From positions 1,922,001 to 1,986,000 of the forward strand of contig JAWMAR010000293.1 in assembly GCA_036785375.1 (NCBI GenBank): a DNA stretch of 64,000 nucleotides, written 5' to 3'. The notes under the pieces are model-generated. The model worked only from the letters and a program-made list of their open reading frames with translations, was not told the DNA's origin and did not search any database. The position numbers and the translations under genes were made by a program. Numbering within the stretch: position 1 is the stretch's first letter; the number at the start of each line of letters is the position of its first letter. Of the stretch, positions 51,760 through 62,401 are shown in pieces. Origin of the DNA: Leucoraja ocellata. Taxonomy: Eukaryota.

Positions 51760-53865
51760 GGGAGAGGTTACTTGCATGTAAAATAACACCTAGCAAGTGG
51801 GAAGCTTTTAAAGATGAGATGGGGAGAGTTGGAGTGAAGACAAGGATGACTGGATTAGGGAACCCTGATTGATAAAGGATATTAAGCCTGTGATCATGCA
51901 AAAGGAGTTATGACAGGTACAGGCAGCTGGGATCAAGTGAACCCCTTGAGTATAAGCAGAAAATCAGGAGGCACAAAGAAGACATGAGATAGCTCTGGCA
52001 GATAAGGTAATGGAATCCTAAGGGATTCGACAAATATTTTAAGAATAAAAGGATAATTAGGGAGAGAATAGGTTTCCTTAAGGATCAATGTGGCCATCTA
52101 AATGTGGAGCCACAGGAAATGGGCAAGGTCTTAAATGCATATTTTTCATCTGCATTTACCCTGGAGAACATTACGGAAATCAATGAATTAAGGGAAATTA
52201 ATAGTGATGCCTTGGAACATACCCACATTTAAAAACAGTAGGTGCTGACAGTCTTAAAGCTTATAAAGATGGATAAATCTCTGGGGCATGCCAATGTGTA
52301 TCCTATTACATTGTGGGAAGTTAGGGAAAATTTACATTGGGTTGGCAGAGATATTTACATCATCTTTATCCACGGACAAGGTACTGCGAATCATGGCCAA
52401 TGTGCCTTAATTTAAAAAGGCTGCAAAAACAAGCCAGGAAATTATAAGTCAGTGAACCTAACTGACATCAGTTGTGGGAGAGTTACTGGGGGAAGATTCT
52501 GAGGGACTGGATCTACCAGCATCAAGGACTGATTAGGGTTAGCCAGCATGACTTTGTCCATGGGAAATTATGTCTCATAAATTTGATTGTAACTTACAAA
52601 ATTCTTAAGGGGTTGGACAGGCTAGATGCAGGAAGATTGTTCCCGATGTTGGGGAAGTCCAGAACAAGGGGTCATAGTTTAAGGATAAGGGGGAAATCTT
52701 TTAGGACCGAGAAGAGGAAAACTTTTTTCACACAGAGAGTGGTGAATCTCTGGAATTCTCGACCGCAGAAGGTAGTTGAGGCCAGTTCATTGGCTATATT
52801 TAAGAGGGAGTTAGATGTGGCCCTTGTGGCTAAAGGGATCAGGGGGTATGGAGAGAAGGCAGGAACAGGATACTGAGTTGGATGATCAGCCATGATCATA
52901 TTGAATGGCGGTGCAGGCTCGAAGGGCCGAATGGCCTACTCCTGCACCTATTTTCTATGTTTCTATGTATTGTTTGAAGAGGACACAAAAAAGATTGACG
53001 AGGCAGGGTGATGGACATTTGGATGTTGTCCACGTGGACTTTAGGAAGGCCTTTGAGAGGATGGTAGTGGAAGGTTGTTTTACACATTTTGGATGCCTGT
53101 GACCAAGTGATGTGCAGTAGGGATCGGTGCTGTGTCTGTTTTCCTCTCCTCATCTACATTGTTTGAATGACAATGTAACTGATATTAATTGATGTTAACT
53201 CGTAACTGATGAATATGATTGTGGACAACACCAAAAGTGGTATAGTGGATAGTGAAGAGGGTTCTCGTAGATTACAATGGGATGTAAGTCAAATGGGGAT
53301 GCAAGTCAAACAATGGCAGGTAGAATTTAACTCGGACAATTCTGAGGTGCTGCACTTTAAGTTAAACTAAGGTAGCTCTTACACAGTAAATGGTAGGTCT
53401 CTGGAGAGTGTTGTTAAACAGAGACCCAGGTGTACTGGTATAGACACATTATGCTGGAGTAACTCAGCAGCACAGGCAGCATTTCTGGATAGAATAGGTG
53501 GTGTTTTGGATCGAGATCTTTAAGTTCCCCGAGATCGGCGTCGCAGATAGACAGGGTGCTGAAGCAGCATGTTGGCATACTTGCATTCATTAGTTAGGGA
53601 ATTGAGTATAGGAATTGGGAAGTCATGTTACTAGGACAAGCTGTTACTGAAACCACACTTGCAGTATTATGTAGAGTTTTAGTTGCACAGCTATAGAAAG
53701 GATGTCATATCTGGAAAGGGTGAAGAAAAGATTCACACAGATATTTCCGGGACTGGAGGGCTTGACGTGCATAGAGAGGCTGGGATATTTCCCCAGAGTG
53801 TAGGGAGCTGAGTAGTCTTCTTGTAGAGGTATATGAAATCATGATGGACAGAGATCAGGTCAATT
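51760..53865 (+). mobile_element. Degraded CR1 LINE with a young CR1 3' end inserted at about 52590-52967
   Basis: KPGNYK.V.L, SQHDFV.GK.CL.NL, DVVHVDFRKAF motifs; insert reads TYKILKGLDRL..RTRGH. Confidence 0.85.
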
Positions 53866-53970
53866 AAAGCACGTAATAATTGATGAGTTTTTAACCTCTA
53901 TATTTGTTTACAATCTCCTTTAGGGCATACATACACGTCAGTGCCATGTTTAGCTTTAAAACCAAACTGG

Positions 53971-54113
53971 TTATCTACTATCAGTATAATGAACCCTTTT
54001 AGGACCAGTTTTGAGTCTACACCCACATTGGGGAGCTCAAGGCATAGCTTGTCAAACTTCTCTGGATTAAGCTTGTTCAAAATGCCTTTGACTTTCCAGA
54101 AGATTCCATCTTG
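53971..54113 (-). pseudogene. EIF4G2: EIF4G2 (DAP5/p97) MIF4G-domain fragment, apparently processed
   Basis: QDGIFWKVKGILNKLNPEKFDKLCLELPNVGVDSKLVLKGFIILIVD versus recalled human HDAIFRKVRGILNKLTPEKFDKLCLELLNVGVESKLILKGVILLIVD; no splice signals; flanked by retroelement sequence. Confidence 0.88.
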
Positions 54114-54223
54114 CTAGGGGAGGATTCCATTTTCTCCAGGGGAGGAGAGTCCAAAACTAGAGAGAATACAGTTTCCCTCCATAATGTTGGGGACAAAGAT
54201 CTATCATTTATTTATTTGCCTCT

Positions 54224-57200
54224 TTATTATTATTAAACTTTATTTCAGACTCAAGGTGCAGACAAGAGACAACATTACATAAAATACATTGCATATAAAA
54301 CACTATAAAATACATATAGTGCATAAATTACTTATGAGCATCATAAAATATACAAAAGCACAATACATGATTTAAAATCCAGAATTAAAAGAGAGGTCAG
54401 TATCCTACGACGAGACAATACCAATGTCTCCACAACTGGCATTAGTGTAGTGTTATACCTTATGTTTGGTAAGACCAAGATAATTATATTTTCAGAGTCA
54501 TTAATCCTGCAAATAAATGTATACATATGATTTCTTAGGATAGCTTCTAAAGTACTGACTCCTGCAGCCACAAACATTTCACCAGCACTACACCATCTAG
54601 GCTTCCTTAGCAGTGTTCTCATTGCATCATTATAGGCCACCTTTAGTCTCTGTGAACTTGTCTTTCTGTAGTTAGACCACAGGTGTGCAGTATTGAGTGA
54701 TGCACAATATGCTCTAAACAGAGACATCTTCACCACATCTGTACACGCACCAAACTTACGTAAGAGAATATTCACCTGTACATACATCATCTGGCGTTGC
54801 CTATAAATATCCTCATCATCTGTAATTTGTTCTGTAATAAAATGTCCAAGATATTTTACCTTATTACAGACACTAAGATTATTGTCAGACAATTTAAAAT
54901 CAGGACATTTTAGACATTTACCCCCTTTGGTTCTGCAGATCATAACAGCACTCTTACCAGCATTATATTTGATATCATGTTCTACACCATACACAGAACA
55001 TATAGTAAGGAGCTGCTGGAGACCAGCGCTAGGTGGACTAAAGACCAGAAGATCATCTGCATACATAATATGGTTCACTACGGTATTACAAATCATACAC
55101 CCAGTATTACAGGTTTTCAATTGCTTGGACAGATCATCAATATAAAGATTAAAAATGACTAGGGACAAAATCCCCCCCTTGTCTGACACCATTGCTAACC
55201 CCAAATGGGGCTGACACCCTATGGCCCCATTTTACTTGCATAATCTGATGGGCACACCAGTAAGCCAGAATTCTCACAATGTATTTAGGCACCCCTCTTC
55301 GCCTCAATTTAACAAACAACTTTCTATGATTAACACGATCAAAGGCTTTGGAAGCATCAATAAAGCACATAATAATTGATGAGTGTTTACCTCTATATTT
55401 GTTTACAATCTCCTTTAGGGCATATATACACGTCAGTGCCATGTTTAGCTTTAAAACCAAGCTGGTTATCTGTGGAGTTAACAAACTCATTTAATCTATC
55501 CAGCAGAATTATTTCTAGGATTTTTGACAACATGCTGGCTAAAGCTATGGGCCTGTAATTATTTAGGCTGCCTACTTTACCAGCTATGTCCTTAATAACC
55601 GGCACTAGCAGAACAGACAACATTGAGTCTGGTAACAAACCATGAATCATAAAGCCAGTAAAAGGGCTTTCTCACGGTGCGACCTGAAGCAAGACTTAAC
55701 AAGACTTAACATCGTGGGAACCTCCTGCGATAACAGTACGGCATTCATGGACCACCGAGGATCTCCGTGGCGCTAACGGCAGGTAGTCGTGTAACTTGTT
55801 AAGGTCGGGACAAAATTCAAACATTTTTGAATTTCTTCAAGAGTGACTTGAGCAGCATTGCAACATTGTATGAACGCAGATGCCAGTGCGATATCCGTAA
55901 TGACTCTTGCGGGTACCGTGGGAACTCCTGCGAACGGTAATATGGGTTGAGCACAACACCGGCTGAAAGGAGGCCATCGAGAAGCAGATGTACGCCTTTG
56001 AAAATTTTTTGGCATTGGCTTTTTTAAATGTTTTATGTAATTTATGTTTTTATGTGTCTTGAGTTCTATGTGCAAATCCTTTTCAGTTCCAGGTATCAGA
56101 GCGTTGGAAGCAGGATGCCAGAGGCCACTCAGCCACTCTTCGGGCCAGTGCAGGGGTGCGAGCGGATGGCCAGCGTAGACCACTGGCAGCAACGTTACCC
56201 CACCCACGTGGCCGATGTGGCCCTGGTCTGCCGGCAGCTGTCCGAGCGATGGCTACAGGTCAGTGCCCCCCTCCCCTCCCTCTCCAACGCTCACACACCC
56301 CCCCCCCCCCGTCACTCCCCTCCCCTCCCCATTCCATCACTCACGCCCCCCCCCCCATCACTCAATCCCCATCAACGTGCCTTGATGTGTCAGCAGCTGT
56401 CCGAGCACCACCTGTGGGTGTAGAGCTCCAACCCCCGATCCCCTCCCTCTCCCCCACCCGGGAGAGAGGGAGGGGAGGTGGGTGGGAGTGGGGAAGTGAG
56501 CGAGGGGGAGAGATGGGAGGGGGGGGGGGGTAGAGGGAGAACAGTTGACTGTAAACTATCACAGCTGGAATCTTGCTTTGCTTTACTGTGCGCTCCCTCT
56601 GCTGATGCGGAATACCTCCCTACTGGACTCCTCGGTCAGTGGGGTTTTCCACTGGTCTGGCAATGAGCAGATGACCAAGTTCCAGATGGCTTGCACCATG
56701 GCAGACGCCTTCAGACTCCCCAATGCCCACCTGCGCCCAGTAAGTGTGTGTGGGTGGGGGGGCGGGGGGCAGGCTAGAGTGGCTGAGTGGCCTCTGGCAT
56801 CCTGCTTCCAACGCTCTGATACCTGGAACTGAAAAGGATTTGCACATAGAACTCAAGACACATAAAAACATAAAACATTTAAAAAAGCCAATGCCAAAAA
56901 CTTTTCAAAGGCGTACATCTGCTTCTCGATGGCCACCTTTCAGCTGGTGTTGTGCTCAACCCATATTACCGTTCGCAGGAGTTCCCACGGTACCCGCAAC
57001 AGTCATTACGGATATCGCACTGGCATCTGCGTTCATACAATGTTGCAACGCTGCTCAAGTCACTCTTGGAGAAATTCAAAAATGTTTGAATTTTCTCCCG
57101 ACCTTAACAAGTTACACGACTACCTGCCGTTAGCGCCACGGAGGTCCTCGGTGGTCCACAAATGCCGTACTGTTATCGCAGGAGGTTCCCACGATGTTAA

Positions 57201-58039
57201 GTCTTGCTTCAGGTCGCACCGTGAGAAAGAGCCATAAAACAAATAACAAGGAGAGGAGTTATCCTCATACTCGCATACTTAAGATGTTCAGCAGAAATAT
57301 GATCTAAACCACTAAACCAGTTGGACCGCTTGTTCATGGCATGATACACCTCATGTGACATAATCATCATTGAATCATTACTCTCAATATTGTCCACCCT
57401 ATAGAAAATCACCTTGGACACAGTTGAATAAAGTACTATAATGTTGTCACCATAACTCCGCAATATTAGCTGTTCCGGAGATTCCATCTACAGTGCATGG
57501 TAGAGATGTTTTGCAGCTGTTAAGAGCACTCACTTCCCAAAAATCAGTATCGTTGTTACTTAGCAGCTTCATAGCCATGGATTCAGCCCTCATAGCTTGC
57601 TCATTTTTACAGATGAAGCAAACGGCATACTTATTTCTTGCAAAAGTGAGAGCTTATGCAAGATATAACACAGGCCCCTGTCTGGGCCTACCTGCCATAG
57701 CCCATAATTTAGTGGCTTCACGGGCTTCAGCATGACACTCAGCTACATATTTACTCCAGCCAGGCCTGATGTTATGTGTCTTATTTTTATGGTTGCAGTA
57801 GGGCTTACTGCCTACATATAAAGCACTTACTATATCATTATACATGGAGCAGATATCTCTCCTATGCTTCATATCCTTACAATTAACATTAATACACATT
57901 ATTGCATCTTTAGGTAGATGAATATTGCTTAAGGAGTTATCTGTATGAGCATAATAGGCTAAGATGTCTTCCCTTGTGAGGGTTGACCAGTCCAGTTTTT
58001 CTGTGTTAAAGCTATTTCCATCTCTGGATACCACAGGTA
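54224..58039 (-). mobile_element. RTEX-like LINE ORF2 remnant, frameshifted and split by a foldback element
   Basis: NNYRPIAL, QLGFK..HGT, CFIDASKAFDRVNH, GVRQGG, YADDL, KYLG, KVAYN motifs; aataaa plus (taa)n tail at about 54225-54245. Clade assignment is tentative. Confidence 0.85.
55662..57234. mobile_element. Non-autonomous foldback element with about 470-bp inverted arms (PIF/Harbinger-like)
   Basis: Arms 55662-56139 and 56776-57234 are reverse complements; TAA duplication at 55659-55661 and 57235-57237; the host RT frame (ICF-TGF-MIHG) rejoins across it. Confidence 0.9.
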
Positions 58040-58598
58040 CTGGGATCGAAATGAACAGTTGCCCGGTTGCCAATGGCCACCTAAAGTCCTGCCGGGCAAC
58101 CTAAAAGCCGTGTCATTTTTGCCCGGCTTAGCACCCCTCTCTATTTCGCTCTCTGTGCCACTCTCCGTCTCCACCCGCCATTCGTGTCCGGGCTGCCATG
58201 TCTCCGCTCTCCAGCCACTCATCCACTGGCACGGCCAGCCGCCTTGCACATGTGCACTGCCATGGCCAGCACATCATCGGCCGCTCTGCACATGCGCACT
58301 GCCACGGCCACTGGTAGGCACCAGGTACTTTCTCCCTCCCTTTGCATTGTGGGAGATTTGACCGCCATTGCTGTCCGGTCGCCACGACCCTTGAAACCCA
58401 ACGCAGAATCACTCCCTGGAGCTGGAGTAACTCTTGCTTCTTGGTTTCCTGGTCCTCCAAAAATATTCCAAATGGAATTTTAAATGGACGTGGTGGAGGG
58501 TTAAACATAGTAGAGGGTTAAACATAGTACTCTGTAAACAATGTTATAAACGAGAATACAAAACTGTGTATTTATATATAAATATATAACCATATAAA

Positions 58599-60880
58599 TA
58601 TATATAATTAAAAGCGTCACCTTGACCCTGTTTGCACTGTGCTTTGATTTTAGAAAAAAGCTACCACTTACGGCTGTGATTTTTGGCCATCTTACTCAGT
58701 TCCCCTCCGCTCATCAGGTGCCGAGGATTTTTCCCATCGATGAAAAATAAGAGTTATTAGTGTTTAAAAAATGTTGAGATTCTCTCTCCTGTCAATCACC
58801 GCCATGAAGGCCAGGGGTGGGGGAGGGGCTATAAAACACGGAAGTCTGGACGTGGCTCAGTCTGTCTGTAAGATGGCGAGGCCACGACTCGGTCTGGGCT
58901 GGGAATCTACACAACACTTAGTGTCTACTGACCTGTGAGTGCCCTTTATGTGGTTTTAAATGTGTTTTTAATTGTTTTTCTTGATGTGAGCTTTGTGGTT
59001 TTATGTGCTGTTTGTGGTTGTTGTGCTCTTTGTGGTTTTATGTGCTGTTTGTGGTTTTATGTGCAACTGTGTTTGGAAGGAATAAACGCTTTATTAAATC
59101 CGACTGTATTTGGTTCAAAAGTCCTGCTCATTTAGTGACCCGTTTAGTGGACATGTCGCGCTGATTGTATAATTTCCGATGAGTTCAGTAGTCGTGCTGA
59201 ACGCGGAAGTGTTGTTGACTGCGGAAGGCCCACTGTGGAGACGCCGCGGTCAGCCATTTGAGTATAGAAGAAAGTTTACTGCCATACGTGTGCGTGAATG
59301 TGTGTGGGGTAGAGGATGTGTGTGATAGTCTGTGTGTGAGTGTGTAAGGTGGAGGGTGTGTGTGTGTGTTCAATAAATAACAAATAGTACAAATAATAGT
59401 CATTTGTAGTTCAGAGCTTATTCGCTGTTTAATAGCCTGATGGCTGTCAGGAAGCTGTTCCTGAATAAGTGTGTGAGTGACTGTGTGTGTGTGTGTGTGT
59501 GTCATCTGTGTGTGTGTGTGTGTGTGCATGTATCTGTTTGAGTGTATGTGAGTGTATATATGTGTGTGTGTGTGCTTGGAGTGCTGCGAGCTTGGACTTG
59601 GTGCCTGCACTCTGCTTGAGTGCTGCGAGGTTGGACTTGCTGCCTGCACTGTGCTTGGAGTGCTGTGAGGTTGGACTTGATGCCTGCAATATGCTTGGAG
59701 TGCTGCGACGTTAGACTTGCTGCCTGACTTGGAGTGCTGTGAGGTTGGGCTTCCTGCCTGCATTTTGCTTGGAGTGCTGTGAGGTTGGACTTGCTGCCTG
59801 CACTCTGCTTGGAGTGCTGTGAGGTTGGATTTGTGGCCTGCACTCCGCTTCGAGTGCTGTGAGATTGCATTTGCAGCCTACACTCCGCTTCGAGTGCTGT
59901 GAGATTGGATTTACAGGTCTGCACTGAATGATGACGAGGTAAATTCTCAGATTTTCTTTGTTAAAATGTGGCCGCGCAATCTCTCTATATTAATTTTTTT
60001 TATTTTATCAACAGCAAAGAGGCATCAAGAGGCAGTGAGCAGCAGAACACAACAAGAGACACAACAAGAAATAACTTAATAAATCTCATCTTTAACATTT
60101 AAATTGTTGTTATATTTTAAGACATTCACATTTTAAACTTTAATAAATCCTTTTTTCACTTGCCATGCCTGCGTGTTCTTCATCACACTGGGAACCTAAT
60201 AGGCAGGAATGGCTGCGCTGTCGGAGAGCCACTAAGAGTGCATGGGGGGAGGTTGTGGGGAGATGGACTGAATGTGTGGGGGGAGGGGAATGGCAAGTGG
60301 GGAGGTGAAGGGAGGAGGGGAGACTGAGTGAACTGCCACCACACCAGCCATAAGTGACTGGACTTCAAGCACACCAGCCATGACTCACTGAACTGCAAGT
60401 CCAAGAATCCATTCAGTCCACAATGTCCATACCAGCCCTCTAGGAACCAGTCCTTCAGCACACAACACCCACACTAGCTCTCCAGAGATCCACACAAGGA
60501 TAGACTTTCCTGCTTCATTGCTGTGATCTGTAAAAAAAGATGAAAACGTCTGAAATTGATTGTCCATTCTCTCCTCCTTCTCTCTGAGTCTGTCACCTGT
60601 TTTCGGCAGAATTTCTGGCAGTTTCTTAGCTGCCAGCCCGTCAGGCCCGAGTTACTGAGCTGCCAGCCTGCCATGCCCAAGTGACTGAGCTGCCTGGACT
60701 GAGTGAATGAGCTGCCTGGCCTGAGTGAATGAGCTGCCTGGCCTTAGTGAGTGAGCTGCCTGGCCTGAGTGACTGAGCTGCCAGCCCAAGAATCCATTCG
60801 GCCCACAACACCATATTAGCCCTCTGGAAACCAGTCCGTTCAGCCCACAGCACCCATGCTAGCGCTCCAGAACACCCTTT
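58599..60880 (+). mobile_element. Helitron-derived composite, 3' end not seen
   Basis: 58599-58815 matches the Helitron 5' module at 62890-63109 in inverted orientation; 60075-60240 matches 32420-32585; 60400-60450 and 60785-60835 match 62558-62610. Confidence 0.7.
59574..59925. repeat. 40-bp tandem repeat, about 9 copies (gcttggagtgctgtgaggttggacttgctgcctgcactct)
   Basis: Seen directly; preceded by (TG)n-rich sequence. Confidence 0.92.
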
Positions 60881-61023
60881 CACAGTGTTTGAGGAGTCTG
60901 GCCCGGGGTAAAGTTGCGGGGAGGGCAGGAGTGTTGTGAAGGAGGGGATTGGGGCCAGTAACCCACTTACGACGCTCCACCGCAACCTCTCTCCTGCCGC
61001 TCGCCGGCCTCGCTCATGTCAGC

Positions 61024-61114
61024 CACTTCCCGCAAATCCTTAAATTCCGACAGCGTGCTCAAGGGACCAATTGAGGTTATTTGGCTGTCGGAATTTAAGG
61101 ATTTGCGGGAAGTG
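61024..61114. repeat. Perfect 31-bp inverted repeat with 29-nt spacer
   Basis: cacttcccgcaaatccttaaattccgacagc (61024-61054) / gctgtcggaatttaaggatttgcgggaagtg (61084-61114). Confidence 0.95.
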
Positions 61115-61419
61115 CCCCCCACCCATTTAGTAATTAAAAAATGAAGGAGATTTAGAAGCCTTGGGAAAATTGAATTGTTACTTATTTTTATTTTTTACGG
61201 AGAGAACAATCTGGGTATCCGGGTTTAAGATTTTTTTTAAAGCCGACTGACTGCCTACCTTGAGTAATTACTTATGGCACGGGCCTGATTATAACATACA
61301 GTAGCTGTAAAGGGGGACATAGCGTCACTTAGAGATTTAAGACTGAAATTGGATAGTTTCTTTTTTTTTTAGTAACCAAAGTTATCAACGTATAATTTTT
61401 TGTATGTTGGAAAACAAAA

Positions 61420-61650
61420 TATAGTGGTACAGCTGGTGGACTTGCTGCCTCACACACCAGAGATCTGTGTTCGATCCTGTCCACGGGAACTGTCTGTGTT
61501 GAATTTGCGCATTCTCCCTGAAAGCATGTGGGTTTCCTCCCACATCCCAAAGACTCATTGGCTTTGTAGGTTAACTCGTCTCTGTAAAATTGCCCTTAAT
61601 GTGTAGGGTGTGGGTGAGGAAAGTGGGATAACAGAACTTGTGTGAATGGG
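61420..61650 (+). mobile_element. HE1-like SINE, truncated
   Basis: tagtggtacagctggtgga...gttcgatcctg...gggtttcctcccacatcccaaagac. Confidence 0.78.
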
Positions 61651-62345
61651 TAGACAAAAATGCTGGAGAAACTCAGCAGGTGAGGCAGCGTCTAAGGAGC
61701 GAAGGAAATAGGCGACGTTTCGGATTGACACCCTTCTTCAGACTGATGTGAGGGTGGGGGGGGGGGGCGGGAAGATGAAAGGAAGATGCGGAGACTGTGG
61801 GCTAAGGGAGAGCTGGGAAGGGGAGGAGAAAGCAGGGACTACCTGAAATTGGAGAAGTCAATGTTCATAGAAACATAGAAATTAGGTGCAGGAGTAGGCC
61901 ATTCGGCCCTTCGAGCCTGCACCGCCATTCAATATGATCATGGCTGATCATCCAACTCAGTATCCCGTACCTGCCTTCTCTCCATACCCTCTGATCCCCT
62001 TAGCCACTAGGGCCACATCTAACTCCCTCTTAAATATAGCCATTGAACTGGCCTCGACTACCCTCTGCGGCAGAGAGTTCCAGAGATTCACCACTCTCTG
62101 TGTGAAAAAAGTTCATACCGCTGAGGTGTAAACTGCCCAAGCGAAATATGAGGTGCTGCTCCTCCAATTGACGGTGGACCACACTCTGGCCATGGAGGAG
62201 GCCCAGGACAGAAAGGTTGGATTTGGAATGGGATGGAGAGTTGAAGTGCTGAGCCACCGGGAGATCAGGTTGGTTATTGCGAACCAAGCGGAGGTGTTGG
62301 GCGAAGCAATCGCCAAGCCAACGCTTGGTCTCACCGAGGTTGATC
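61651..62345 (-). mobile_element. Penelope-like element 3' end (GIY-YIG C-terminus, 3' UTR, hammerhead core), split by a CR1 insertion
   Basis: GETKRWLGDCFAQHLR..PVAQHFNS..LEEQHLIFRLGSL..GMN|IDFSNFR*; CR1 insert flanked by GTTCATA at 61863-61869 and 62111-62117. Confidence 0.9.
61711..61748 (-). ncRNA. Minimal type I hammerhead ribozyme motif
   Basis: CAGU-CUGAAGA-A-GGGU(GUCA)AUCC-GAAA-C-GUC-GCC: intact core boxes and stem II, palindromic ACGU stem III, weak stem I; activity untested. Confidence 0.65.
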
Positions 62346-62401
62346 ATACGTTGAATAATCCAACCACATTTTTGTTTGGAAGTGGAAAGAAATAATAGAA
62401 A

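Noticed and set aside
53898-54080. EIF4G2 segment as an exon of a functional gene
   Set aside because: No splice sites, substitutions at conserved positions (R to W, L to P), fused to LINE sequence, and no other EIF4G2 exons in the window.
54341-55204. 287-aa RT ORF as an active retrotransposon
   Set aside because: The element has several frameshifts, a 1.57-kb insertion and a truncated 5' part.
55773-57133. Two nearly identical ORFs on opposite strands
   Set aside because: Mirror translations of the inverted arms of the foldback element; no protein motif.
59574-59925. CRISPR-like appearance of regular 30-40 bp repeats here and at 18490-19210 and 63110-63320
   Set aside because: Head-to-tail units without unique spacers, no cas genes, vertebrate context.
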